A stretch of 64,000 nt of DNA from Methanobacteriota archaeon (lineage in GTDB: Archaea > Thermoplasmatota > Poseidoniia > Poseidoniales > Poseidoniaceae): NCBI GenBank assembly GCA_002706065.1, contig PAJM01000017.1, forward strand, positions 12,722 through 76,721, given 5' to 3'. Position 1 is the first letter of the stretch; every line of letters begins with the position of its first letter. Under the pieces are notes generated by a model. The model ran no database searches. It had not been told where the DNA came from and saw only the letters and a program-made list of their open reading frames with translations. Positions 8,747-18,184 of this stretch are shown here, piece after piece. The translations under genes and the position numbers were made by a program.

Positions 8747-9961
8747 CTATGATTTCGTGGTAATAATGTCTTCACGGTGAAATTGCTTGGCTGCGTAACG
8801 AACCGTTAGAATACAAATCAATGATGATACGAACACCCACACAACGACGTGCTCAAGAATCACTCGATTGAGCAACAATTCTCTTAATCCTAAAAGAACA
8901 TTCACGAACGGTACGCCAAACCAAAACATTTCTACATCGTCCAGATTGATGAACTGAGTCAAGAGTATTGGCATGATCATGGCTAGTGTTATGGGTGTAA
9001 GTACAGAACCTGCTTCTTTGACGGATTTTGAACGCATTGCAAGTGCCAAATACAGCGCCACAATCATGGTTCCATAAAATCCAACAGCGAGTGCGAGTAA
9101 AAGCACTGCTGTTACACTCAACGATGGTACATCGATGAAATCACTCGCAAGATAGGCAATACCAAACAAGAGCCCTGTGATTTGGAGGGCGACTCCCACG
9201 CCTGTAATCGAAACGACTGCAAGCCATTTGCCAAGTAACAATTCTGTTCGCGACAGCGGGAGACTCAACAATGACTCAAGAGTGCCGCGTTCGCGCTCGC
9301 CAACGGTCATATCGATAGCAGGTTGGACTGCAGCACTCGCTGTCCAAATTGCTAATACGAACGGAATGAACAATGAAAGAAGCATGCCGGCCTGTTCGCC
9401 TTTTGTTGCAGCATCTGCATCGTTAATCGAACCATCCCAACGCAATGGGTTCAATGTTGACTCGACGTCAAGGCCTGCGGATTCAATCCGCTCACTTGTC
9501 AGATCCTCTTCCCATTGAATCAAAACATCAAGAATCCGACTCCTTGCCTCATTCGATTGTTCGGATGTTGAAAGGTGGAGAATGGAATAATACCAGGTTT
9601 CATTGCGCAATTCGATTCGCAAAATAGCATCATAATCCAGATTACGTAATTGTTCAGTACTGTTGCTGGTATCGGAAAGGCTTGTTAGATTGAGGGGCAT
9701 TGATTCGATGGTCAATGTTGCTGTCTGATTCTCAAGTTCGAGTATCAAATGATTTTCAATATCATTTGATTGCACAAGGATGTCGACTGTTTTTTCATTC
9801 AGTTCGGCTGCCTCATTTTGCATTACAATTGGAAAAGCAATGAACAACAAAGGGAACAACAACAGTGGTATGAGGACCAGAGCGACGATGGTTCTCCAAT
9901 CACGTATGAATTCAATGATCTCCTTTTTCGCCACAATTACAATTCTTTTTCGGCTACTCAT
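8747..9961 (-). CDS. ABC-2 family transporter permease (NatB-like, 6 TM plus large extracellular loop)
   Basis: N-terminal cytoplasmic stretch then a TM helix, a ~170 aa loop, and 5 C-terminal TM helices; overlaps the upstream ATPase gene by 8 nt. Confidence 0.7.
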   Translation of the reverse strand: MSSRKRIVIVAKKEIIEFIRDWRTIVALVLIPLLLFPLLFIAFPIVMQNEAAELNEKTVDILVQSNDIENHLILELENQTATLTIESMPLNLTSLSDTSNSTEQLRNLDYDAILRIELRNETWYYSILHLSTSEQSNEARSRILDVLIQWEEDLTSERIESAGLDVESTLNPLRWDGSINDADAATKGEQAGMLLSLFIPFVLAIWTASAAVQPAIDMTVGERERGTLESLLSLPLSRTELLLGKWLAVVSITGVGVALQITGLLFGIAYLASDFIDVPSLSVTAVLLLALAVGFYGTMIVALYLALAMRSKSVKEAGSVLTPITLAMIMPILLTQFINLDDVEMFWFGVPFVNVLLGLRELLLNRVILEHVVVWVFVSSLICILTVRYAAKQFHREDIITTKS

Positions 9962-10790
9962 CTTCTCCCACCTCCATTCTTTTCGAAGGTGTGAACAGTC
10001 GTCTCCATAGAGTTGATATTCGGGAAGGTTTGTCTGTTTCTTCCATCCTCGGTCGTGCCGTTTCGTTCGTGAGTGCTACATAAGCCTCTTCAAGCGAGTC
10101 GGTATTCGTAAGCACGAGCAGTTCTTCGGGCGTTCCATCGGCTTGCACAAAACCGTTGTGCACAATAATAATCCTGTCACACACCTGTTGTGCCTCAGCA
10201 AGGTGATGTGTTGAATAAATAACAGTGCCACCTTCATTCTTGAGCTTTCGGACGAGGGAACGAACCGTTCGTGCAGAGGTCACATCAAGACCTCCTGTTG
10301 GCTCATCCAACAAAAGAATTTGAGGCCCATGCGCAAGTGCTCGTAACAACGCCGTTTTTTGTTTCATTCCCCTTGAAAACCCTTCAGTATATCGATGGAG
10401 TGAATGCTCTATATCGAGGAGCTTTGCAAACCGATAGGTCCTGTTCCATGCCATTTGATCATCTATACCATGCAGTCGACTGTGATATCGGATGTTTTCC
10501 CACGCCGTTAATTTCGAGTACAATCCTGTTGATTCCGGAACAACACCAAGCACCGAACGCATTTCAGAAATTGGCCGATTGTTATCCAATTCGACTGAGC
10601 CTTCTGTTGGCCGGTAGACACCTGACATCAATCGGAGCAGGGTTGTTTTACCAGCACCATTTCCGCCAACTAAACCAATGACTGAATTTTTGTGAATGTC
10701 AATGTTAACATGCTGAATCGCATGTATCTCTCCGAAGGATTTCTTGACGTCGAGAAGACGCAGAAGCGGTTCCATATGGAGCACTCTCAA
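9954..10790 (-). CDS. ABC transporter ATP-binding protein
   Basis: Walker A GGNGAGKTT, signature FSRGMKQK, Walker B LLLDEPTGGLD; real start may be M6 (10775). Confidence 0.9.
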   Translation of the reverse strand: MRVLHMEPLLRLLDVKKSFGEIHAIQHVNIDIHKNSVIGLVGGNGAGKTTLLRLMSGVYRPTEGSVELDNNRPISEMRSVLGVVPESTGLYSKLTAWENIRYHSRLHGIDDQMAWNRTYRFAKLLDIEHSLHRYTEGFSRGMKQKTALLRALAHGPQILLLDEPTGGLDVTSARTVRSLVRKLKNEGGTVIYSTHHLAEAQQVCDRIIIVHNGFVQADGTPEELLVLTNTDSLEEAYVALTNETARPRMEETDKPSRISTLWRRLFTPSKRMEVGEDE

Positions 10791-11092
10791 GATGCGCGAC
10801 CGCTTTCAACTGCGAAATCGAGTCCAGGGTGTTTTTCCTCCAAACGCTTTGCCCGGTCAAGTGTGTTACGGAGTTCTTGCTGTATTTCTTTTTGAGAAAC
10901 ACCCATCTCAATCAATGTGCCAATCAACTCGAACGCCCCTTGCACGGCGCCAGCATCAAGGAATGCTTCGTTGGTAATCGTTCCATTGTGACGCAAGGTT
11001 TCCAACTGTTGAGCCAAGTATTCTGATTCCAAACGAATGCGAGGTCCGGCAACATGCGGCAGGGCCATCAGGTGGTCAATACAACTCCTCAT
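10787..11092 (-). CDS. Small hypothetical protein (101 aa) translationally coupled to the ABC ATPase
   Basis: ORF overlaps the ABC ATPase start by 4 nt; no recognisable domain. Confidence 0.3.
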   Translation of the reverse strand: MRSCIDHLMALPHVAGPRIRLESEYLAQQLETLRHNGTITNEAFLDAGAVQGAFELIGTLIEMGVSQKEIQQELRNTLDRAKRLEEKHPGLDFAVESGRAS

Positions 11093-11142
11093 CAGTTGTT
11101 AGAAGTCGAGGACGATTATGAGCATTCTGTCCATCGTATCTC

Positions 11143-11562
11143 TTATCGCTGTTTGAGTTCCACCAATATCCCACCTGTGCTTTTTGGATGTACAAAAGCA
11201 ATACTGGAGTTGTGAGCGCCCTTTCGTGGGCTCGTATCAATCATTTGTATGCCGTTATCCATAAGATGTGCAATCATTGATTTGAGATCATCAACGGCAA
11301 GACAGAGTTGTTGGATGCCCGGACCACGTTTGTCGAGGAATTTACCAATCGGCGTATCAGGTCCCATTGCCTCAAGAATTTCGATATTTGTTGAAGATTT
11401 ATCGACGACATCAAGCGGGAAAAATCGGGTAATTACGCCTTGGTCTTTGACTTCTTCATCCTCACCGTTGGAATCCAATCCTAAGAGTTCCCAAAATCTA
11501 CTTCCTTCGGCCAAACTATGGGCTGCAATTCCAACATGATCGATTGTAATTCGTTGTTTCAT
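11143..11562 (-). CDS. Methylmalonyl-CoA epimerase (VOC/glyoxalase-fold)
   Basis: IDHVGIA...IEILEAMGPDTPIGKFL..GPGIQQLCLAVDDL...GAHNSSIAFVHPKSTGGILVEL fits the MCE pattern. Confidence 0.8.
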   Translation of the reverse strand: MKQRITIDHVGIAAHSLAEGSRFWELLGLDSNGEDEEVKDQGVITRFFPLDVVDKSSTNIEILEAMGPDTPIGKFLDKRGPGIQQLCLAVDDLKSMIAHLMDNGIQMIDTSPRKGAHNSSIAFVHPKSTGGILVELKQR

Positions 11563-11570
11563 ACTCTCAC

Positions 11571-13145
11571 CTAAAACCCACTGGGAGCAGAGTAAGTGCC
11601 AAAAATATCCTTCATAGCCGACATAATTTCACCTAATGTCGCATTATGTTGAATTGCATTGATAACGATTGGGAATAGGTTCGAACCGTCTTCAGCAGCG
11701 CTCCGAATCTGTTGCAGAATTACCTCGACTTTTGATGAATCCCGATTCTTCCGTAATCCATCCAAACGTTGATGTTGGTGTTGTGCAACCTCTGGATTCA
11801 ACTTCATTGGTTTGATTTGTAAGTACTCATCCATCGTACCGTGATTGACACCAACGATACGACGAGAACCACCTTCAATCTCATTGAAGTAGCGATATGC
11901 AGTTGTGTGAATCTCTTGTTGTTGATATCCTTGTTCAATCGCTTTCAACGCCCCACCCATTGAATCGATCTTTTCAATTTCAGATTTTGATTTGTTGTAG
12001 ATTTCATCAGTGAGTGATTCAATGTGAAAGGACCCTGCAAAAGGATCTACTACATCTGCAACACCAGACTCCTCAGCAATAATTTGTTGAGTTCGTAGGG
12101 CGATTGTAGCACTTTCTTCTGTAGGTAAGCCCAATGCCTCATCGTAACTGTTTGTGTGCAAGCTCTGTGTTCCGCCACAAACTGCCGCAAGGGCTTGGAT
12201 TGTGACTCTGCTGATGTTGTTCAGAGGTTGTTGAGCAGTCAGTGAAACTCCAGCAACTTGAGTATGAAATCGTAATTGCGTGGACCGTGGATGAGATGGA
12301 GCATAGCGTTGAACCATGAGGTCATGCCATAATCGCCGTGCAGCACGGAACTTTGATATTTCTTCCAGGAAATCGTTGTGGCAATTAAAGAAAAAGGAGA
12401 GTCTTGGGGCAAATGTATCAACTGCCAAACCTTTTTCACAGGCTGAATCAACATACGCAAGTGCATTGGATAACGTGAATGCAAGTTCCTGGACAGCAGT
12501 CGAACCAGCTTCTCTGATATGATAGCCTGAAATTGAGATGGTATTCCATTTCGGGATATTTGTGGAACAATACTCAAAGATATCCGTGATCAATCGCATT
12601 GAATGGTTTGGAGGGAACACATAGGTACCTCGTGCAATGTACTCTTTCAGAATGTCATTTTGAATCGTCCCTGATATCTTTTCTCTGCTTACACCTTGTT
12701 CTTCTGCAACAACACAATACATCGCAAGAAGGACCATGGCTGGCGCATTGATGGTCATTGAGGTTGACACCTTGTCGAGCGGTATATCTGAAAACAAATC
12801 ACGCATATCTTGCAGACATGAAATAGAGACTCCGACCTTGCCAACTTCACCCTCGCTAAGTGGATCATCAGCATCCAAGCCAAGTTGGGTGGGTAGGTCA
12901 AACGCTACCGATAGTCCCTTTTGGCCTCGATCAAGCAGCAAGCGAAAACGTTCATTGGTTTCTTGTGCAGACGAGAAACCTGCATATTGTCGCATCGTCC
13001 ATAATCTGGAGCGATACATCTTCTCGTGAATCCCTCGTGTGTATGGCGCAGAACCCGGCGTTTCAACGGAATCATCTGGCACGTGATAAGCCGGAATTGG
13101 TAAACCACCCAGGGTCTCCCAGTTGGATTTTCTTAACTCGACCAT
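11571..13145 (-). CDS. Methylmalonyl-CoA mutase, large (catalytic) subunit; the separate B12-binding subunit is not in this window
   Basis: 524 aa with extensive MCM-family similarity (SAPYTRGIHEKMYRSRLWTMRQYAGF, TISISGYHIREAGS, FFFNCHNDFLEEISKFRAARRLW). Confidence 0.9.
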   Translation of the reverse strand: MVELRKSNWETLGGLPIPAYHVPDDSVETPGSAPYTRGIHEKMYRSRLWTMRQYAGFSSAQETNERFRLLLDRGQKGLSVAFDLPTQLGLDADDPLSEGEVGKVGVSISCLQDMRDLFSDIPLDKVSTSMTINAPAMVLLAMYCVVAEEQGVSREKISGTIQNDILKEYIARGTYVFPPNHSMRLITDIFEYCSTNIPKWNTISISGYHIREAGSTAVQELAFTLSNALAYVDSACEKGLAVDTFAPRLSFFFNCHNDFLEEISKFRAARRLWHDLMVQRYAPSHPRSTQLRFHTQVAGVSLTAQQPLNNISRVTIQALAAVCGGTQSLHTNSYDEALGLPTEESATIALRTQQIIAEESGVADVVDPFAGSFHIESLTDEIYNKSKSEIEKIDSMGGALKAIEQGYQQQEIHTTAYRYFNEIEGGSRRIVGVNHGTMDEYLQIKPMKLNPEVAQHQHQRLDGLRKNRDSSKVEVILQQIRSAAEDGSNLFPIVINAIQHNATLGEIMSAMKDIFGTYSAPSGF

Positions 13146-13186
13146 GACTTATCCATGCATAGACGATTCATCAAGCCTCGCATGTC

Positions 13187-13660
13187 TCAGTGTTCAACGC
13201 CGCCTGGACCGTGTGCATGGCCATGGGCCAATTCTTCTTCGGTTGCCACCGTTACGTCAACAACCTCAACACTGAATTCCAATGTCTTGCCTGCCAGCTG
13301 GTGATTGAAATCGACCGTTACTGTCGCCTCTTCAACAGATACAACTCGGAATGGACCGACATCAGACATCAATGTCATACCTGGTTCTGGTGTGATCTCT
13401 CCAAACATTTCGGCAGGAATTTGTTGAACCGCTTCTTCAATTACAGCACCATAAGCGCGCTCTGGCTCCAGCGTGAATGTACGCCGTTCTCCTTTTACTG
13501 CACCAAGAAGTTCTTCCTCAAATCCTGGTATCATTTGCTTGTGTCCGACAAGAAATCGGAGCGGGTCACGACCTTCGCTGCTATCGAATACTTCACCACT
13601 TTCCGGTAATGTACCTGTATAATGAACGGTTGCTACAACATCTTTCTCAATTTTGGTCAT
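13187..13660 (-). CDS. FKBP-type peptidyl-prolyl cis-trans isomerase (SlyD-like with inserted flap domain)
   Basis: VHYTGTLPESGEVFDSS...PLRFLVGHKQMIPGFEEELLG; His-rich C-terminus HGHAHGPGG. Confidence 0.85.
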   Translation of the reverse strand: MTKIEKDVVATVHYTGTLPESGEVFDSSEGRDPLRFLVGHKQMIPGFEEELLGAVKGERRTFTLEPERAYGAVIEEAVQQIPAEMFGEITPEPGMTLMSDVGPFRVVSVEEATVTVDFNHQLAGKTLEFSVEVVDVTVATEEELAHGHAHGPGGVEH

Positions 13661-13664
13661 CTTA

Positions 13665-14360
13665 TCATCTTCTTGTCGTTAGCGCTCTGACGAGGTCGCT
13701 TAGTTGTTTAGCTACCTCATCGCTTATGATGAGTTGTTCCTGTTTTTCTTCAATGAATTGGTACGTCGCCTCAACACCTATCCTTTCTCCTTTCGCCCAT
13801 ATTTGGCCAAGAAGATTTGATCGATGCTCTTCAGCTATTGAATCATCTTCAAGAATATCTCGTGCAGCATACTTGTAGTCATTGTATCGTTGCCGATTCA
13901 ATTTCTTGACTTTTGGTTGACGACCTCCACCTGAGTCATCATGGCGTGAACGGCGTCTTCGATGCTCTTTCTTCTTCGGAGTTTTAGTGACAATTTGTTT
14001 GAAGACGTTTTTTGAAGACAGACTTGGTTCTGCAGGATTCGGCGTGTCCTTTATTTCCACTTTTTCTCCTACGGAGTCTGTATCGACTACAGTGGATACC
14101 ACTGTTTCGGTGGGTTCGGCAGCAACTGGTTGGACACGGACTGGATTTGGTTCAAGAATCGACTCGGTCTTTTTGACGGATTCTTGTGATTGCTTACGCA
14201 ACTCAGCGAGACGTTCCGCTCTGGATGTCTGTTGGGCGGTTTCTTTGGTGCTTGTTTTGTTGAGATCTTTGGCGCTTATGGCAGGTTTCTGAACGGGTGC
14301 TGCACTTGGAGAAGCCTGAGCGCCGAGTCTTCTTCGTGCTTCTTCTTGACGCTTTCGCAA
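13665..14360 (-). CDS. Hypothetical protein: basic, low-complexity N-terminal two-thirds and a ~90 aa globular C-terminal domain
   Basis: ORF track 231 aa; K/R/S/T/E-rich disordered region then conserved-looking VKKLNRQRYNDYKYAARDILEDD...IGVEATYQFIEEK; sits immediately downstream of kae1. Confidence 0.5.
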   Translation of the reverse strand: MRKRQEEARRRLGAQASPSAAPVQKPAISAKDLNKTSTKETAQQTSRAERLAELRKQSQESVKKTESILEPNPVRVQPVAAEPTETVVSTVVDTDSVGEKVEIKDTPNPAEPSLSSKNVFKQIVTKTPKKKEHRRRRSRHDDSGGGRQPKVKKLNRQRYNDYKYAARDILEDDSIAEEHRSNLLGQIWAKGERIGVEATYQFIEEKQEQLIISDEVAKQLSDLVRALTTRR

Positions 14361-14584
14361 ATCATTTTGATCAACATTCTGCCGGTTGTCTTGTCGATTA
14401 GTTGTTGATTGAGTTGGGGCATTGGTAGCACTTCGTTCGCTTCGTTTCTTTTGGCGAACTTGATTTGCATTCGCAGCAAATGGATTGAATGGTTCATCCG
14501 GTTTCCTGCGTCGATCTCGAATTCTTAATCCCCCAGTGTTCGTTTCTCAATGCCGACTTGTTAAAAACAATCCGCTGCAATTGA

Positions 14585-15601
14585 CTAACTCCATGTTACA
14601 ATCGTATCATCTGTACGCATGTATTGGTCAATTCCGCTTGTTTCAAATGGGGTTTTACGACCATTTCGCAATTCGATGTAACCAAGGAGACCAATCATTG
14701 TACCATTATCAATGCAGTACATGCGTGGAGGTGCGTGCGAGGTTGATTCCCTCTCATGTGCCATCAATGTAGACATTTCTCGAAGTCGAGAATTGCACGC
14801 AACACCTCCTCCCAGCAAAACTTCCTTCTTTCCACTGTGGGCAAGGGCACGTTCTGCCACCTCAATGCAAGCAGCAAAGGCATGCTCTTGAAGTGACCAA
14901 CATACTGAACCCAATGAATTTCCTTTTTCGATGAGTCGTTGAGCAGCCGTAAGAATGCCTGAAAAGGCTAGATCCATTCCTCGGACGGGATAGGGTAATT
15001 CGAGTCCATCCAAGGTTGCACCAGGATTGTTTTCAATGAATTCCTTTGCTAATTTTTCAATAACAGGTCCTCCGGGAAATGGAATCCCTTGTTGTCGAGC
15101 AAATTTGTCCAACATATTGCCAATGCCGATGTCAAGGGTCTCACCAAGCACTCGGTACTTTCCTTGCAGTTTAGCAATGACTTGGGTATTTCCTCCGCTA
15201 ACGTACAGCAGAACAGGATCGTCGCATTCGCACTGTTGCCGACCAATTTCAATATGGGCTACACAATGGTTTACACCAATGAGCGGTACACCAAGCCGAC
15301 TGGACAATGTTCGTGCAACGGATGCACCAATACGAAGACAAGGTCCTAAACCTGGCCCTTGCGAGTATGCAATTGCGCCGATATCAGTAGTGCTAAGTCC
15401 TTGTGAAGTGAGAACTCCTCGAAACAATTCAGCAGCGTAATCTCGATGATGATCGGCAGCTTCTCGAGGATGGATCCCTCCTTCCAATGGCTTGATTGTA
15501 TCACCTACTGATGGATAGGGGATGCCGTTCGGGTCGACCAACCCGAATGAAAATGTGTGTGCTGTGGACTCAATTCCGATGGTCCACTTACCTTCGCTCA
15601 T
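14585..15601 (-). CDS. kae1: tRNA N6-adenosine threonylcarbamoyltransferase Kae1 (KEOPS catalytic subunit), stand-alone, not fused to Bud32
   Basis: MSEGKWTIGIESTAHTFSFGLV, HCVAHIE, SGGVACNSRLREM are canonical Kae1/TsaD motifs; start taken at M13 of the ORF-track frame. Confidence 0.9.
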   Translation of the reverse strand: MSEGKWTIGIESTAHTFSFGLVDPNGIPYPSVGDTIKPLEGGIHPREAADHHRDYAAELFRGVLTSQGLSTTDIGAIAYSQGPGLGPCLRIGASVARTLSSRLGVPLIGVNHCVAHIEIGRQQCECDDPVLLYVSGGNTQVIAKLQGKYRVLGETLDIGIGNMLDKFARQQGIPFPGGPVIEKLAKEFIENNPGATLDGLELPYPVRGMDLAFSGILTAAQRLIEKGNSLGSVCWSLQEHAFAACIEVAERALAHSGKKEVLLGGGVACNSRLREMSTLMAHERESTSHAPPRMYCIDNGTMIGLLGYIELRNGRKTPFETSGIDQYMRTDDTIVTWS

Positions 15602-15651
15602 GGATGTTCGTGGAAGCGATTGTTCTTCAACTCTCACCTCTAGCCTCGACC

Positions 15652-16854
15652 ATGCGAACCATTTACCATAACATTGGTTCTATGCAAACGATGAATGATA
15701 TTGATTCATTATCTAAAGGAAAAGCAATTGCTGTAAAAGATAATAAAATTGAGAATATCATGGACTCAATAGATGAGTTTGAATCATCGGATGCTCAATT
15801 TATCGATGTAGATGGCAGATCTATCGTACCTGGTTTCATCGATGGCCACTCTCATCTTTTGTGGGCTGGGGACCGATTTAACGAGCACAACTTGAGAATG
15901 CAAGGTAAATCCTACGCAGAGATTGCGGAAATGGGTGGAGGCATTATGGAAACTGTACGTCAAACACGTAAGGTTGGTGCTGAAGAATTGTATTCAATCG
16001 GGGAGAATCGGTTGAAGAATGCTTTACGATATGGTACGACTTTTCTGGAAGCCAAAACTGGATATGGATTATCGACTGAGCATGAATTACGTCTATTGTC
16101 CGTCGTTGAACAATTGAAATCGGTCCAAAACCTTCCGTCAATTCACTCGACATGGATGGGCGCTCATGCTGTAACTCCAGAACATACCTATGATTCCTAC
16201 ACCGATGAGATACTTTCCGATCAGTTGCCACGTGTTCTCGAATCCAACTTAGCCGATTCTGCTGATGTATTTTGTGAACCCGGTTGGTTTTCTGTGGAAC
16301 AGTCGGAGGATATTCTTCGAGCATCGCGCAAAGGTGGCTTGCGCCTTCGAATGCATGTTGATGAATTTAGTGATGGTGGAGGTGGGGAACTCGCAGCTGA
16401 ACTACGTGTTCGCACCGCAGATCATGCACACCATACCTCGATGGATACACGTATGAAAATGAAAGATGCTGGGGTTATGACTGGTTTCCTACCGGGAACA
16501 CCATACTGCAACGGAGACGACTGGCCAAATTTTGCTGAGATCCATAATCATGACATCCCCTTCTCGATGGCGACCGACTTCAATCCAAATTGTCACATCA
16601 GCAGCATTCCTTTCATCGGTTCTCTCGCAGTGCAACGTAACGGTATGAGTCCGTTTGACGCATTAGCGTGTGTTACTCGACAAGCTGCAAAATCTACTCC
16701 ACGATCTGACGGGTTAGAGCAAGGGGTGATTAAGCCAGGAGCTGTGGCGAACTTCAACATTCTCAACAGTAAACATTGGGAAAGTTGGTGCATGTCACCT
16801 GCATCATCCCCTGTGCATTCTATATGTCTCGAAGGAACCCATATTGAATTTTAA
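15652..16854 (+). CDS. hutI: Imidazolonepropionase (amidohydrolase superfamily)
   Basis: GFIDGHSHLLWAGDR metal-binding motif and a HutI-like body. Start at M53 of the ORF-track frame, clear of the kae1 start. Confidence 0.85.
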   Translation: MRTIYHNIGSMQTMNDIDSLSKGKAIAVKDNKIENIMDSIDEFESSDAQFIDVDGRSIVPGFIDGHSHLLWAGDRFNEHNLRMQGKSYAEIAEMGGGIMETVRQTRKVGAEELYSIGENRLKNALRYGTTFLEAKTGYGLSTEHELRLLSVVEQLKSVQNLPSIHSTWMGAHAVTPEHTYDSYTDEILSDQLPRVLESNLADSADVFCEPGWFSVEQSEDILRASRKGGLRLRMHVDEFSDGGGGELAAELRVRTADHAHHTSMDTRMKMKDAGVMTGFLPGTPYCNGDDWPNFAEIHNHDIPFSMATDFNPNCHISSIPFIGSLAVQRNGMSPFDALACVTRQAAKSTPRSDGLEQGVIKPGAVANFNILNSKHWESWCMSPASSPVHSICLEGTHIEF

Positions 16855-16872
16855 CTAAAAATAAATTATTTG

Positions 16873-16886
16873 CAAATTTAAATTTG
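16873..16886. repeat. Perfect 14-nt palindrome CAAATTTAAATTTG in the hutI-downstream spacer (contains a TTTAAA TATA-like core)
   Basis: Read directly from the sequence; AT-rich spacer 16855-16907. Confidence 0.3.
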
Positions 16887-16907
16887 TTGTGTACCAAAAG
16901 GAATTAA

Positions 16908-17246
16908 GTGATTATCATGGCATGGTTGGAAACAGTAGTTTGTTCATCGCACAAGAAAGTCAATGCACGATTTCTTCGAGTTCTTAATTCACATCAAGAG
17001 CTCAAACGTCGACAAGATGGATGTCTACTTGCTTGGGCAGCTAAATCTGTTGATGGTCAGCCACTTTTCTTGGTTCAAACCTTGTACAAATCCAGAAACG
17101 ATCTCAAGTTCATTTCGAAAATCGTTTCCGACAAACTCGATTCTGAACACGGACCACTTGAATCATTCATGAGTGGTCCGCCTCTTGTTGGAATCTTTGA
17201 GGTTGATGAGGTTCAATTCCTTCAGCAGTTCAAAATTGACGAATGA
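16908..17246 (+). CDS. Hypothetical protein (~110 aa)
   Basis: ORF track; no recognisable motif; followed by a strong hairpin. Confidence 0.4.
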   Translation: MIIMAWLETVVCSSHKKVNARFLRVLNSHQELKRRQDGCLLAWAAKSVDGQPLFLVQTLYKSRNDLKFISKIVSDKLDSEHGPLESFMSGPPLVGIFEVDEVQFLQQFKIDE

Positions 17247-17251
17247 CCACT

Positions 17252-17290
17252 GCACATGACGTCGTATAATGGTAGTTATACGACATGTGC
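17252..17290. other. Stable stem-loop GCACATG(ACG)TCGTATAA-TGGTAG-TTATACGACATGTGC directly after the 16908..17246 stop; candidate terminator or structured RNA element
   Basis: 15 bp of pairing with a 3-nt bulge, read directly; no downstream T-tract. Confidence 0.4.
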
Positions 17291-17691
17291 AATCAAACCG
17301 GAGAATTGTATTCATTGATAAAAATGAAGAAATGTATCGCTGTATAGCGTTTTACCGGTTACACAGTGTATGTTTCCGCTAAACAATCAGCTTTTCACTC
17401 CACAAAGTAGGGGGTAAAAGGTGGATTTATCCATTTTATTGGCCAAAGAGTTCATACAGTTCCTTTGTTGACAGAGGGGTATGTCTTCAATTGAGGGTTT
17501 TTGCTTAAAGTGCAAGCAGTATGGGCCAATCGTCAACGGAAAGGAAATCAAAATGTCAAACGGAAGGACTCGATTTGCTGGAACTTGTTCTCAAGACGGA
17601 TGCACAGGTAAAATATCCAAGATCATCTCGTAACTGCACAATTGCTCTACCGATGTGAATAAATACGCGACTATGGTGGGAAGATTACCTA

Positions 17692-17765
17692 GGGCTCGTG
17701 GTCTAGGGGTTTATGACGTTGCCTTGACATGGCAAAGATCGAGAGTTCGATTCTCTCCGAGCCCA
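17692..17765 (+). tRNA. tRNA-Val (anticodon GAC); CCA appears encoded at 17766-17768
   Basis: Cloverleaf folded by eye: acceptor GGGCTCG/CGAGCCC, anticodon stem TTGCC/GGCAA with loop TTGACAT, T-arm GAGAG-TTCGATT-CTCTC, discriminator A. A TATA-like AATAAATA lies ~30 nt upstream. Confidence 0.8.
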
Positions 17766-17825
17766 CCAATGATTTCCTATTTATTTTATGATGAAAAATA
17801 ATTTAAATAATCATTATTTGAATAC

Positions 17826-18182
17826 TTAATCCTCATGAATCAATTCGACGTCCTCAACGTCGAGTTCTGGTTTTTTTACTACTGGTTCTTCTTCGCCAAG
17901 GTCTGAAAAATCAGTGTTCCCTCCTGTCCATGATTTGATTTCGTTAGTCTCGTCAAATGATTCAGTAATAAGTTTAGAATTGCCAGAAAGTGAATACGCT
18001 GATGGATCAATTTCACGTGGTTGTGAGCGTTCACTTGGCGGTGGAGCTTGGCGTTCTTCCATTGGCAGTGCTGAATGAAAGAGGCCACATTCTGGACATT
18101 TGAATGTGCCTTTGCTTTCAAGCGTTCCACATGATGGACAGCGAACAGAGGCCAACAGTGTAAACAACGGATCGTCACTCAC
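17826..18182 (-). CDS. Small zinc-ribbon protein with proline-rich linker and acidic C-terminal tail
   Basis: CPSCG-x10-CPECG zinc-ribbon near the N-terminus; tail DFSDLGEEEPVVKKPELDVEDVELIHED. Lies 2 nt downstream of the EF-hand gene, probably in the same operon. Confidence 0.6.
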   Translation of the reverse strand: MSDDPLFTLLASVRCPSCGTLESKGTFKCPECGLFHSALPMEERQAPPPSERSQPREIDPSAYSLSGNSKLITESFDETNEIKSWTGGNTDFSDLGEEEPVVKKPELDVEDVELIHED

Positions 18183-18184
18183 GA

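Noticed and set aside
12239-12577. 112-aa minus-strand ORF inside the methylmalonyl-CoA mutase gene in another frame
   Set aside because: Internal alternate frame of a conserved gene.
17553-17633. 26-aa Cys-containing mini-ORF (MSNGRTRFAGTCSQDGCTGKISKIIS) before tRNA-Val
   Set aside because: Too short to support from sequence alone. Mentioned under the intergenic-region finding but not called as a feature.
17247-17691. Possibility that the long spacer encodes SRP RNA or RNase P RNA
   Set aside because: Region is AT-rich and lacks the GC-rich helices or the conserved AGGAAAGUCC-type P4 motif expected.
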